Origin: Carcharhinus amblyrhynchos
Taxonomy: Eukaryota
Assembly (NCBI GenBank): GCA_965287045.1
Contig: OZ336877.1
Location: 60,698,001 to 60,762,000 of the forward strand
DNA length: 64,000 nt
Direction of reading: 5' to 3'
Shown: piece after piece, positions 12,086 to 24,126 of the stretch
Position numbering within the stretch: the stretch's first letter is position 1
Layout of the letters: each line of letters begins with the position of its first letter
Program-made: the position numbers and the translations under genes
The notes under the pieces: generated by a model
The model's database searches: none
Told to the model about the DNA's origin: nothing
Seen by the model: only the letters and a program-made list of their open reading frames with translations

Positions 12086-14415
12086 CTTTTTGTTTGTTCT
12101 GTGGATATGGGTGTCACTGGCTAGGCCAACAGTTATTGTCTATCCCTAATTGCCCTTGAGAATGTGATGATGAGCTGCCTTCTTGAACCACTGCAGTCCA
12201 TGTGTAGTAGCTACACTCAGAATGATGTTCAGCAAGGAGTTTCAGGATTTTAACCAGCAGCAGTGAAGATAAGTATATTTGCCAATCAGGACAGTGTGTG
12301 GCTGTAGGTTTAGAAGATGCTGTTGAAGGAGTCTTGGTGAGTTGCTGCAATATATCTTGTGGATGATACGACTGCTACTCCTGTGCAATGGTGGTGGAGG
12401 GAGTAAATGTTCAAGGTAGAGGAGGGAATTACTTTTAAAATGGTGAATGAGGTACCTATCACGCAGGTTGCTTTGTCATGGATGAGCTTCTTGAGTGTTT
12501 TTGGAGCTGCACTCATCCAGGCCAGTAGAGAGCATTCCATTACATTCCTGGCTAGTCCTTTGCAATCAGAAGGATTACGCACTGCAGAATCCCAAGTCTC
12601 TGTAGCTGCAGTATTTATATAGCTAGCTCTGTTAAGTTTCTGTTCATTGGAAACCCCCAGGATATTGATAGTGAGGGATTCAGTGATAGCATTAAATAAC
12701 AAGGAGACGTGACTGAATTCTCTCTTGGAATTGGCCATTACCTGGCACTTGTTACTTGCAATGAAGTCCAGGTCTTGCAGTATATGGACACAGATTGCTT
12801 CACTATCTGAGGAGCCCCAAATGAGCTGAATATAGTGGATCCCTATTTCTGATCTTTATATGGAGAGAAGATCTTTGCTGAAGCAGCTGAAGTTGGTTGG
12901 GCCTCGGATACTATCTTGAAGAATTCCCACAGCAATGTCCCGGGATTAAGATGATTGACCTTCAATGACCACAACTATCTTCCTTTCTGCTAGGTGTAAC
13001 CTCAACCAGTCGAGTTTTTCCCCGATGCCAATTGACTTCAGTTATGTTAGGGCTCCTTGATACCACACTTAATCAAATGGTACCTTTATGTCAAGGGTAG
13101 TTACTATTATCACATCTCTTTTATCCATGTTTGAATCAAGGCTGTAAATGAGATTGCAAGCTGAGTGACCATGGCGGAACGCAAATGAAGTGTCAGTGAA
13201 CAGGTTATTGCTTGCTGCATGCCACTTGATAGCACTATTTTGACCTCATCTATCACTTTACTGATGATCAAGAGCATACTGATAGGCCAAATCGACCAGG
13301 TTGGCTTTGTCCTGCTTTTTGCACAGGTATAGCTGGGTGGTTTTCTACGTTATCAAGCAGATGTCTGCGCTGTAGCTGTACTCGGCTAGCAGCAGAGCCA
13401 TCCCTGGAGCATGTCTTCAGTACTATTGCTGGATGTTATTAGGATTCATAGCCTCTGCAGGATCCAGTGCCTTCAGCCATTTGTTTGATATCATGTGGAG
13501 TGAATTGTATTGGCTGAAGACTGGCATCTGACATGCTGGGGCTGATTTTTAACGGCCCACATTGCCTCATAGATGCCCAATTGCTAGATCTATTCAAAGT
13601 GCACTCCATTTAGCATGGTAGTAATGCCACACTACATGATGGAAGGTGTCCTTGATGTGAAGACAGGACTTGGTTTTCACAAGGATTGTGTGGTGGTTAC
13701 TCCTATCAGTGCTTTCATAGACAGAGGCACCTGAGACAGGCAGTGTTTTCTCTCTTGTGAGTTCCCTCAAAACTGATGCTGACCCAAATTTAGCAGCTTT
13801 GTCCTTAAAGATCTGGCCAGTTTGATCCATAGTGGAGCTACCGAGCCACTCTTGGTGATAGACATTGAAATCCCCATCCAGGGTACACTGATGCCTCTGC
13901 CACTCACAGTGCTTCTTCCAAATTATGATCAGTTTGGAACAGGCTGAGGAGGGGCAGTAGGTGGTAAACAGCAGAGATTTCCTTGCCATTGTTTGCTGCC
14001 ATGAGACTTCATGGAGTCCAGAGTGAGTGCTGAGGATTCCCATGGCAACTCTGTCCTGACTGTATCCCACTGTGCCACACCTCTTGTGGGTCTGCTCCAT
14101 CTCTGGTTTGTGATGGTGGTGTCTGGGACATTGTAAGGTTTGGTGTTTGATATAACTGTATTAAACCTTTGTTGACTAGTCTGTGGGACAGCTCTCTCAG
14201 TTTTGGCAAAAGTTCCCAGGCATTATGAAGGAACATTTTGCATGGTTGTCAGGGCTGTACCATTGTCAGTTCCCAGGACTGGTCAATCCAATTTCATTCC
14301 TTTCAGATTTTGTCACAGTTTGACAGAACTGAGTGGCTTGATAGGCCAACTAAGAGTCACTACGCTGGTCTGGGTCTGGAATCATATGTAGGCTAGATCT
14401 GGTAAGAAATCAATG
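12086..14415 (-). mobile_element. Degenerate CR1-group (Zenon-like) LINE with endonuclease and RT remnants
   Basis: ORF 13594..14100 contains the APE endonuclease motifs GDFNVYHQEWLGSSTMD and SNHHTILV. ORF 12310..12738 is RT C-terminal-like (VMECSLLAWMSAAPKTLKKL). Characteristic 3' tail at 12086-12160. Confidence 0.8.
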
Positions 14416-16179
14416 GTCCCTGGGATACAGCATCTGTGTCCAGCTGCACAGAGCTTGAAGAATACCGTATCCTATGGGCTTTCAGTCAATGTCCGTCATT
14501 TGTGAAGTGTGAGTTGTGAGACGAAAACCCATCTCTGCTTATCTAGTCCCACTGAAGTGTGAGTGTCTGAGCTAATGTATGGCCTGCAGGTGTCCTGGGG
14601 AGCTGCATTCTCAGGATGACTCAGTTTCTCTGATGAATGTCAGTTCTCTAACAACTCCTGCATGTCTGCTGGTCCAGTCAAAACAAAAATATGAATTAGT
14701 CCTGGGAAGGTAAGGATATATTACAAGTTATTTCACTTACTGTTGAAATCCACCAGCATGCCTGAGCGGCCCGTGGCATGAGAGTCTCTAATATTTAACT
14801 CAGGCCAGGATTTAACGGTCACGTTAGCCCTGGGTACAAATCTGTAATGGCTGCTAAATCTCACTAGATGCCAAAAACAAGGTTTGCGCCAGTGAGTTTG
14901 CCAAACATGATCTTCCCAGCCTTTCTGCAATGATGTGATAATTTTTATGTCCAGGAAGAATGCAAACATGATTTGCAAGCATTAGCATGCATCAGCATTT
15001 CACTAGCGACCTTCACAATATAACTTCTGGCCTGATGTATCACACCCCCACCATCTATCAGCCATGACGTCACACTGGCCTGAATCACTGCTGCTTTTGA
15101 AAAATGAGAAGCTGGCGCCATGGCCTCTGAGAGGGAGGTTGGAGAAAATGAGGATGTCTCCACTGAACACAAGGGGAGAAAGGGTAACGGTACTCTGTGG
15201 TGAGTGAAAACAAAGAGGGCAGCTGCCGGGGGCTCTGTGGCTGACCTCATGGGGGTCAGAAAGTCCATTCTCAGCAATGTTCAGGTCTGTTCTCAAGGGT
15301 TTTTGAGGACAGCTTGGGGGTCTTTGAGGGGTTGGGGGGCACTGTCGGGGAGCACTGGGGTTTGGAGGAGGGGCACTAAGTTTAGTGGGAAGGTGGGGGG
15401 AAGAGCTGTTCAGTGCCATGCAAGCTGGCCAGATGAGCTGGGTGGCTTTGAACCCCTAAGGCAGTGCTACTTGGAGCCCCCTCCTTGGGAGGGCTGGGTG
15501 CAGCTGAAGAAGAACACAAGTAATTTCATGTTTGAAGGGCTGACAGCAATGAGCTCCCTGGTGGCTTCCGCCTGAATAACCAGGGTGGCTATTAGCACTG
15601 CTTAGCCCTGAAGGAGGAACCAATTATGCCCAGTTAGTATGCTGGGATGAATACTCATTACACTGATTGGCCCTCAGGAGTTAACCCTTAGCACCGTCAG
15701 CTCCCCACAATACAGAATCCAGGCTGAGACTCCCTTTTCAGTGTCGGGGCTGGAAGTAGGTACCTCAGAAACAAGAGCCTAGAGGCTCACATCTCACCCG
15801 GGGCGCCCAACTTCTGCTGGTATAGTTCATGGTGAGCCGCCCCTCCCCCAGTCCTTCCCCAATGCAGATATTGACATCCTGGTGCGATGATTAAGCACAA
15901 GTCTCTGCTGCAAGATCCCCCAGTGGTCCCATGCCCAGGCGAGGGCAGCCCCAGACTGATGGCTAGCTGGCTGTGTGAGTGGGTGAGGGCAAAATCAAGA
16001 GACACCCTGTTCTGGAGATGGGACAGGAATTGATGTTAGTGAGTGTGTGAGTGCTGCAGGCGATATTCTTCAACTGGCTGCTCCCAGGTAAAGATGGCCA
16101 ATGGGTCAAGGCATGGTAATGATCAGTTGGTGCAATGCCAACCTCTCTTCTTTCTCGCAGGTTCGTTGATGATTTAGCC

Positions 16180-17323
16180 ATGGAGCCATTGGAGCTCACA
16201 GTGATATTGATCACAGTGATGGAGGAGGAGAGACTCCAGCATCTGATTGCTGGAGATCCCAGTGATGATCCGGGAGCTGCACGCCATGATCAGCAGCCAG
16301 AGGTTACAACAGCGGAGAGGGAGTTCGAAGACACAGGGCACAGCCAAGAGCCTACCATCTCCGGCTCTCCTTTATCGTGCTTACTGACACTATGCTGCCA
16401 GAGACTACAGCTTATCAAGGAAGCACCTTTGCCATGTTCTCATGGACTTGGCGCTACGTGGTGAAGGAAGAAACCAGCTGCCTGTGGCTATGAGTGTTGC
16501 AGCAGCTCCAAATGCCATTGGATCTTTCCAGGGCTGCACCAGGCAACATTGCGGGACTTCGCAGGCATCTGCCTATAAGCGCATTTTTGTTGGATGCGCT
16601 CTTCACCAGGTGAGGAACTAAAGACACTTTGACTCCACCAGGCTAGCCAGGATGAAGGATCCATGGTGTTCAGATAGATACATGACTTGCCATAGGCGCA
16701 GGGGGCAATTGATTTCCCCGTGGCACTTGCGAGTCTCCTTCATCAACCGTATTAGATTCCATTTCCTCAATGTGCAACTGGTCTGCAACCACACTATACA
16801 CATTAATGCAGATGCGTGCCTGTTTCTGGGGGAGTGTTCATGACAGTTTTATCCTTGGACAATCCCAGCTCCTGGAACCTTTCAAAGGATACTCAAGGCT
16901 GCAGGGATGGCTTCTCAGGGACAAGGGTTCTCCCCTGAGTGTTTGGCTGATGATGCCAGTGCAGAGGCCACAGTCTGCTGCCTCAGTGAAACACTCACTG
17001 CAACTTGCACAGTGATTGAGCAGGCCAGTGGCCTCATGATACATTTCCACTGCCTGGATGCTTTAGGTGAAGCATTATAATATAGCCCCCAGAGGGTTTC
17101 CCACATTGTGGTGGTGTGCTGCACTCTCGACAATCTGCAACGGGTTGAGTATCTCTCTGAAGAGCATATGGAAGAGTGGGGCTCACCTCGGATGAGGAGA
17201 AAGTCCGGGAGGTGTTGAGAAGGAGCCTGTGGAGGAGATGACCAGGTGGGGATGAGGGTGCCCATGGACAGGAGGGCTAGAGGTGCCCTATTAGCTGCAC
17301 ACTTCCTGGAGAGCGATAATTAG
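16180..17323 (+). pseudogene. Harbinger DDE transposase, frameshifted
   Basis: Splice acceptor ttctttctcgcag (16160) before ATG GAG CCA. Motifs GSFQG, FHFLNVQLVCNH, GSVHDSFILGQS, GWLLRDKGSPLSVWLMMPV, VIEQA, YSPQRVSHIVVVCCTLDNL, then an acidic tail. Confidence 0.88.
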
Positions 17324-17589
17324 GGAGGACACTCGAGGCCTCTTCATGACTTTCTCACACCTAGGCGGGTGGAAGGGGAAGTAATCACAACTCAGGGAGC
17401 TGGCGATGGGAAGTCCACCAGTGCCTGCTGCCAATTCAGTGCAGGAGGGTGATGATGACTCACAATAAGGAATGGTGTGTAATACTCATTAGAGATAATG
17501 TCTGATTTCAGTCTGTCTGATGCCAAGCTCACAGAATCCATGTAGCCTGGTTATTTCAGAGCAATGATGCAAGGAATCATTCATCCCTT

Positions 17590-17965
17590 CTCTCATGCAG
17601 TCTCATGGCAATGGGGGTTGGTTTAAGAGATTCCCTATATCATCAATGATGCAGTACGGAGGGGATAAGGATTGGGATTCGAGGATTCCCTGTATAATCG
17701 CCGGTGCGGTCTCGGGAGGATTGGGGTTGGGTTAGGGAATTCCCTGTATCATCAATGATACAATCTCAGGGATTGAGATTGGGGTTAGAGGATTCCCCGT
17801 ATCATCAATGATGCAGTCCCGGGGCGATGGGGGTTAGGTTAGGGAATTCCCTGTATCATCAATGATATAGTCTCGGGAATTGGGATTGGATATAGGGGAT
17901 TCCCTGTATCATCAATGATGCAGTCTCGGGGTAATGGGGGTTGTGTTAGAGGATTCCCTGTATTT
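17590..17965. repeat. Minisatellite, ~54 bp unit, about 7 copies
   Basis: Recurring GGATTCCCTGTATCATCAATGATGCAGTCTCGGG..GGGGTT..GTTAG. ATTCCC cores at about 17630, 17685, 17739, 17792, 17846, 17899 and 17953. Confidence 0.92.
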
Positions 17966-18214
17966 CCCTGTATTATCTCTGCACCCTGTGAGTGGAACAC
18001 TTGCATTCACAAGATGGTATTGAGGGGATGGAGACTCTGTAAGTCCGAGTGCATCCCAAAGGTGAGGAACACCATTCCATTCAGAAATCGGTGGAGATTA
18101 GACAGCCTAGAAGTGATGATGGCAAGTAAGATATAATTCAGTTAGTTATAACATTAAAACAAAAATTAGTGCTCAACAGGTCAAAGTGCATCACATCACC
18201 CGTGCCCACACTGG

Positions 18215-20061
18215 GCAACTACAATTTCCTAACCTTCCAAAATCTCCAGCTATATCTCAGTGTGTCCCCAGGATCCACATCAGAGCTTGAGGCAGTTTGC
18301 TGTCTGCCAAACCCTGCTGCCTGAGATGCCCTCTGGCGGGCCCTGCTCTGTCTGCTGTGCTAGAGGTCCCTGGTCTCTGGAAAGGGAAAGTCAGATAGAC
18401 TGGGCGCTCTCAGGGTCTCCTGGATGGAAGCTCCTGGGCTATGCGCCAACAAATACCACAGCCTTTTGATGGTCTTAGCACCCCAGGTCACTCCATTTGA
18501 AAGAGGGACAGCTGGAATGGGGTCAAAAATCCTCTGGATGCCCACCAGTGTCTGCACCATGCAGTTGATGCCTTGAACCATCGAATTTGTGCCCTGACCA
18601 ATCAAGTTCATGGCCTGAACCGTGCAGCTCATGGCCTAATCCATGCCTTGGAAACATAACTGATGGTGTCATTCTCGCAGCAACAGTGACCTCCCTTGCA
18701 TTGGCTGTGATCTGTGGATTAGTTCTATACTGGAACTGTAAACAAATGCATATGTCTTGAACTTTGGACACCTCCCACCATGGAACTGATATTCAGCCCC
18801 AGGCTCTCTACAGCGGACGCCATCCTTGCAGTGTTGGCCGTATGCCTCACATCGCCAGCACCATCTCCTGTGAGAGAAGGCTTTAGGACTCCTCCAGTTA
18901 ACCTTGCAATCACTACAGTGTCACTGACTGCCCTTTCTGGTATTCCCGGTTCTGCCTTTACATCTCCAGCAGCTGAAGTATGAATGTGTCCTGAGGCAAG
19001 GCACCTGCTGGGGCATAGCTGAGTCCTGGGATCCAGCAAAACTCCAACTACCCAATTCCTGGGATGCTCCTGCCTTTACCTGATGTGGATCAGCAGCTCC
19101 GTGGTGCTCACCACATTGTGACCCAGAAGTCTGCCTGCTGCGATTGCCCACTGAGGTATGTCTCTGTACTGGTGGAGGATGCAACTGATAGGCGTGATGC
19201 CTCCATTGACATCTCCTCAGTAGACTGCTCCTGATTAGTTGCAAGATCCCTGCTGGTGGAAAGACAGGCTGCTTGGCTGGTTTTCCTGCAAGGGAGGGAA
19301 CATGGTATTCATGCAAGGCAAGAGCAAAGGTCTGGGAGAGACAGAACTCGCATGAATTTGTGAAGATGGACGAATGTGCAGAAGCTCCTCACTTTTCTCC
19401 TTCACGTCCACCTTGCTCTTTGCACAGCCCATTCCTACTTCTCCGCTGCCAACTGCAGTGCTCTCTCCATGAAAAGAGTCAGGATCCAACCTTCGCCACC
19501 ACAGCCACCCCCCCTCCCCCCAATCCCTGCCCCTCCAATCCATCTTTGCTCACTCGCTCGCAGTGGTTATGAGCAAGCTTATCCTGCAGGGAGACAGATG
19601 GGGATGTTGTGAGTAGGCTGCATGCTGGAACAGAGGTCAATGCTGCCTAGTGTGTGTGAGTGCTGCGTGTGAGCAGGAATGAATTGTGGGGAGAGGTGTG
19701 TCGGGGAGAAGAGGAAGTGCGTGTGAAGTTGGGTAATGGGACCCAAAGGGGACAGTATGTGGGGTCCATGTGGCATGGTGAGGGGTGTCTAAGAGAGAGT
19801 GTGGTGAGAGAAAACAAGAATCACTCACCCTGACAATACAGAGGAGGCCATTCATTTTCTTCCACCATTGAACCTCCTTCTTCTTGTGAAGGGTGCTGGT
19901 ACTCACAAGTGCAACCATTGTCTCCACACGGGGTTGGTGACATAACTGGAAGGTGTCCTGCCTACCTGCGGGTTGTTAGTTGCCATTCTGTCCTCCAAGA
20001 CATTGAACAAATGTGTGAAAGCTCCGTCCGTAAAACATGGAACTGGCTTCGTTGCTGCCAT
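18215..20061 (-). pseudogene. Harbinger Myb/SANT-like DNA-binding protein gene, spliced and degenerate
   Basis: MAATKPVPCFTDGAFTHLFNVLEDR...W..VSTSTLHKKKEVQWWKKMNGLL (trihelix/MSANTD-like). GT-AG intron 19828-19584 (CAGG|GTGAGT...CCCTGCAG|GATAAG, next exon DKLAHN..ER). Probable second intron ~19395-19285. A 21-bp heptad coiled-coil repeat at ~18558-18650. Confidence 0.75.
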
Positions 20062-20889
20062 CCTCTTGGTAGCAAAGAAGCCCAACAATTGCAATGTAAT
20101 CACATCGGCAGGGCTGGCAAGATTCATGCTGGAAAATATTGGCCTCTGTGTGAGTGTAATGACATGTGCTCACCCAATGGACTGAGTGCATTTGGTGATA
20201 ATGAGTACCAGTAGAGGCATGAAATTGTGTTAGGATGAGGGTGAGTGTCAAGGCTGGATGGTTGGCTGCAAAGTGAGAAAGATGGGTGGCCCTACAAGGT
20301 GTGACGAGTGGTATGATGCAGCCAACTTGAAAACACAGAATGAGGGGATTGGGATGATATAGTTGAATGTGCAATTGTAATCGCCTTTCCTAATTTGGTT
20401 GGATCATTAAACCACATCCTGCACAGTGCTCCTATTGCCATTATGCTCCTGCAGGGAGTGCACTCCGCTAGCATTAATGCCTGCTGACACTGCACTCCTG
20501 GTGTTCACCTCCTGGGCAATTTCCAATCTTTGGCCTTCACTTGGAACTTCCTGCTAATTCACTACCCCTCATGCCCCTTTCAGGACCTTCGCCACCTCAT
20601 TGTAGGAGTGTCCTTGCTCAAACTGGCAAGCTGCCTCTGGTCAGCAGGAATCCCGTTGAGAATCTGCTGTGTGAATCTCATGAAACTTAAACCAGGAAAA
20701 TTGGTACATTGGGAAAGAAAATGGAAGGATAGCTGAATACCAAACCTGTCAGAAACTCTGCCCCAACAAGGAGAAATCCCCCCCTAAAAGATCAGTTTTT
20801 ACTCGGCATTGCAGAAATCCACAGTATAAAATCCTCGATCTTAATTCCTGACATCTCATGGACATAACTTATAGGTTTTCTCACTCTCC

Positions 20890-21680
20890 GTGATCAGTGT
20901 TTTGTATGTGTGGTGTGTGTAATTTCTTATCCTCAGAGTTTTTGCCCCAGTATAACTGATTCCAGCAGCAAACTCTTTTGTGAGTTCTTTTATTATTCCA
21001 CATGCCTGGAGCTTTTTTTAAAAAAGTCTCACTAACCAGACTCTCTCTCACAATCATTCACACAAAGATTAGATGCAAATATGATTACAATGTATAATCG
21101 TCTCAGTCTCTCTTTCATCACAGGACTATAGATTCTCAGATGAGTTGATGCTTTTAGTTGGAGAGAAGTTATTGTAAACAGGATTCTCAGTGAGCTGTGA
21201 AACTGCCTCTAGTTCAATTCCTAGGAGGTTAGTTCTCAGGTGAAGTTGGAACAGTTTGGGCAGAATCCTTTTCCCACTTTCAAGGTATTGCTGTTTATTA
21301 CCTTGTCTGCTGAGTTGAATGGTTTGGTGGCTTCTCAATGATCTCTCTATGTAGAGCTGATGCTTGCTGTTTTAAAAGCAGACAACAAACATGCAGACTC
21401 ACCCACATAATCTGTTACAAGACCAAAGTCCTTTTCCAATGAAGGTAAGTAATCAGTCAACAAACAGCCTGTTTCTGATTTGACACTTTGAAACTTACCC
21501 AGTCTCATCTTACCAGATGAGAGACTATCATAATACAATGGGCGGTCAATGGGAAGTCTTTCACATTTGTAACATGGTGGGAGTGATGTTGCCAAAAAAA
21601 TTCTAAGTGCCAAATGAGTGTGAAAATGGGAGAGAATCACATCCATTTTTTGGATGAACTCCCAGATGCAATTGTATGGT
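20890..21680 (-). mobile_element. Possible solo LTR
   Basis: Non-coding block with an AATAAA-type signal near its minus-strand 3' end and LTR-like composition. Termini not resolved. Confidence 0.3.
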
Positions 21681-21704
21681 ACTTAGAAAAAAGAAAGGGG
21701 GAAA

Positions 21705-22100
21705 ATGTGATTCTCAGCAGTAGGGGGATGTGTGGGGCCTATTCTCACTGGGAAGCTGGCTGCTGAGTTGTAGAGGTGTCACTGGGCAGGTGTCCTGATC
21801 TCCAAGTGATCTCCCCCCAACCCACTGCTGATCCTGGGCACAAACTGATTTTGCCAGGAGACTGGGGCCAGTAACATTGCAAAAGGTGAGAAGCCAGGCG
21901 TGAGCTTGATTTTCCATCTCTTGCCGATCTTATCAGCTTGCCACACTGATCGACTGGGTTGATGAGCCGGTAAGATCGCCCCTCAGTGAATTTTGATGTG
22001 CCATGGTGAACCAGAAAGACAAGTTGGCTCGAATTCTCTGGTTCTTTTGTTGATGTCCCTTCCATCTTCAGACAATCGTGTGAATTTCCCATGCAGTTGT
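21705..22100. mobile_element. Fragment of the same MITE-like family as 4793-6013
   Basis: gcctattctcactgggaagctggctgc matches gcctattttcactgggaagttggctgc at ~4936-4962. Confidence 0.5.
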
Positions 22101-23031
22101 GAATGTCCACATGTAATTCAGTATTTACTTGAGTCTGAGGGCTGTCTGCAGCTGATATCGCCAAAAGTCACTTCATTTTCAGCAGCCATTTTAATAGTCT
22201 GTTTTGCTTCATGATTTGAAAGTATCATCTGAAAGTTCATAATCAACTGGGACATGACATGCTTGGGGGGCAATTAAAATAGTAAAATACAACAAGTAAT
22301 TGTCTAGTCAGGCTCATTGTCACTCAATCCAAGCCTGAAGTCATTTCCAGAAAGAAACAAACAAAAGCTTCCTTTCAGGAAATGTCAGCAGCACATTGCC
22401 CTTCTCATTCTCGTACCATTGGTACAACTAACCTTGAGCTCAGCACTCACTTGTTACTCCAACAGCAGAGTTGATTATTGTACACATTCTTAAAGGGTGA
22501 ACTGAATTCATGATTGAGATATGTGTAATAATAATACCAACACCACCCTGGAACTAAATCTCCATCAATACAGCTGCTACTTAAACCGTACCAATGTCAA
22601 ATTTCATCTTAAAATGCCAGTTTCTTCCAGTTTCTTAATTGTGATTGAATTACAAAAGATACAATTACAAAAGAATTACAAAAGATAATTACTAATTACG
22701 ATCAATTAGTAATTTTGGATAAGTAGTAAAACATTTCAAAGTCGGATTTCTGTTGAGTTGATTTTCTCCCTCATTGACTTTTCCCATCTTCCAGGTACCA
22801 ACTCCATTGTGGCAGTCTCTGTTCTGGAGCTGCCAGACCTGTTTGTTAATTTTAGCCATCTCCGAGTCTTGTGATTAAATACACACATGGTAATAGCTCT
22901 GTATTTTGTTTTCAATATAACCTCTATTATTGTACTACAGTGAACAGCTTGTGAAGCAGTAAACCTCTTTGATGAATAAATCTCTTTGCCCTGGAGGCAG
23001 ATGTGGAGCACTTGATGTACCAAAAAAGTGT

Positions 23032-24126
23032 TGTTACAAAACTAAAACTTACCTTACTATTAGAGTTGTAAGTTGGTCCTCTTGAACTACCAACAACATT
23101 TGAGATCTGGGTGAAACTGGCAAATTAGAAATTAAAGAAAAAATAAGTTGTTGCTTAGGGCCCACCCTGAGAAACAAGAGTTTTTGAATCAGTTGTAAGC
23201 TAATGCCAGGAGCTCCTGGACACAGGACAGGGAACTGCAGAGAGTAGATTTCTGAAAAGAACAAAAGAAAGTCCCAGAAATCAAATATTAGGGACAAAAG
23301 AATCTCCCAGGAAGACAGTTAAGTCAAAAGAACAAAGAACAAGTTTTCAGGGAAATTAAAGAGCAGGGAAAGGGCTCTGAATTAAAGAGACATTTGCAGG
23401 AAACAGACTTGAAGTTAGCTTGCAAGAAGCCAGAAATCTGAGGAAATCAGAAGGTTGGACTCATTGCTATGGGCTGAAAAACAGTGGTATTCTGTTGGCA
23501 TGGCTGGGTATCTGAGAGAGTCTATGGAAGGTGAAGCTTGAATGAATGTGGTGATCCAGGGCAGAGGAATACCAGGAGGAGACCTTGAAAAATCTAGAGG
23601 TGGATCCATGTTGAAGGCATTCAAAAGAAAGCATTGTGTGGGAGAAGATTCCAAAGAGTGCCCAGAGTGGAGTTTGGAAATCCTCTTGCAAAAGTCAGAA
23701 TTCCAGTATGACCAGTTGGCTTACTGTGCAACAAGTATCTGGGAGAAATCGATGAGAAATCTGCAGAAGTTGTATTGGGTGGCATCTTGTCACTTGGTTT
23801 CAGAGAGTGGGGTGTCTGACCACATTTTGACTATTGGTTTAGATGGACTTGTGTACTCACTCAGAAGCTTAGAGTTTAAGAGAGATTTTGTAACTTGTGT
23901 TATCCTTACAAATCTGTTTGTATCGCCAAAGGTATAGCTGAGATGAAGGAATAGTGTATTGTAGTTAATCTTTCCTTGTCTAATAAATGTTGTATTATTT
24001 TGTTACAAGTTCATCAGCAGTCCTCTGAATTTGTCCATACATGTATCTAAAGAAAAAATAAAAGTTAGGCAATATTATCCCTGGGATTTGACTTGTCCAG
24101 TCATAAGACCAGCTGGGACTGTAACA
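23032..24126 (+). mobile_element. Solo LTR (~1.1 kb)
   Basis: Begins TGTTACA and ends TGTAACA (7-bp terminal inverted repeat, TG...CA). AATAAA at ~23982, purine-rich U3-like interior, no coding capacity. No clear TSD. Confidence 0.65.

Larger units (their letters stand above)
14780..20765. mobile_element. Near full-length two-gene Harbinger DNA transposon fossil (boundaries approximate)
   Basis: Convergent DDE transposase (+) and Myb/SANT-like gene (-) remnants within a GC-richer ~6 kb block. TIRs are only weakly recognisable. Confidence 0.75.

Noticed and set aside
16180-17323. Domesticated HARBI1 gene
   Set aside because: Multiple frameshifts and stops, damaged catalytic motifs and an adjacent decayed Myb partner indicate a dead transposon.
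17590-17965. CRISPR-like look (conserved block plus variable block)
   Set aside because: The variable parts are homologous to each other rather than unique spacers, there are no cas genes, and the context is vertebrate. It is a minisatellite.
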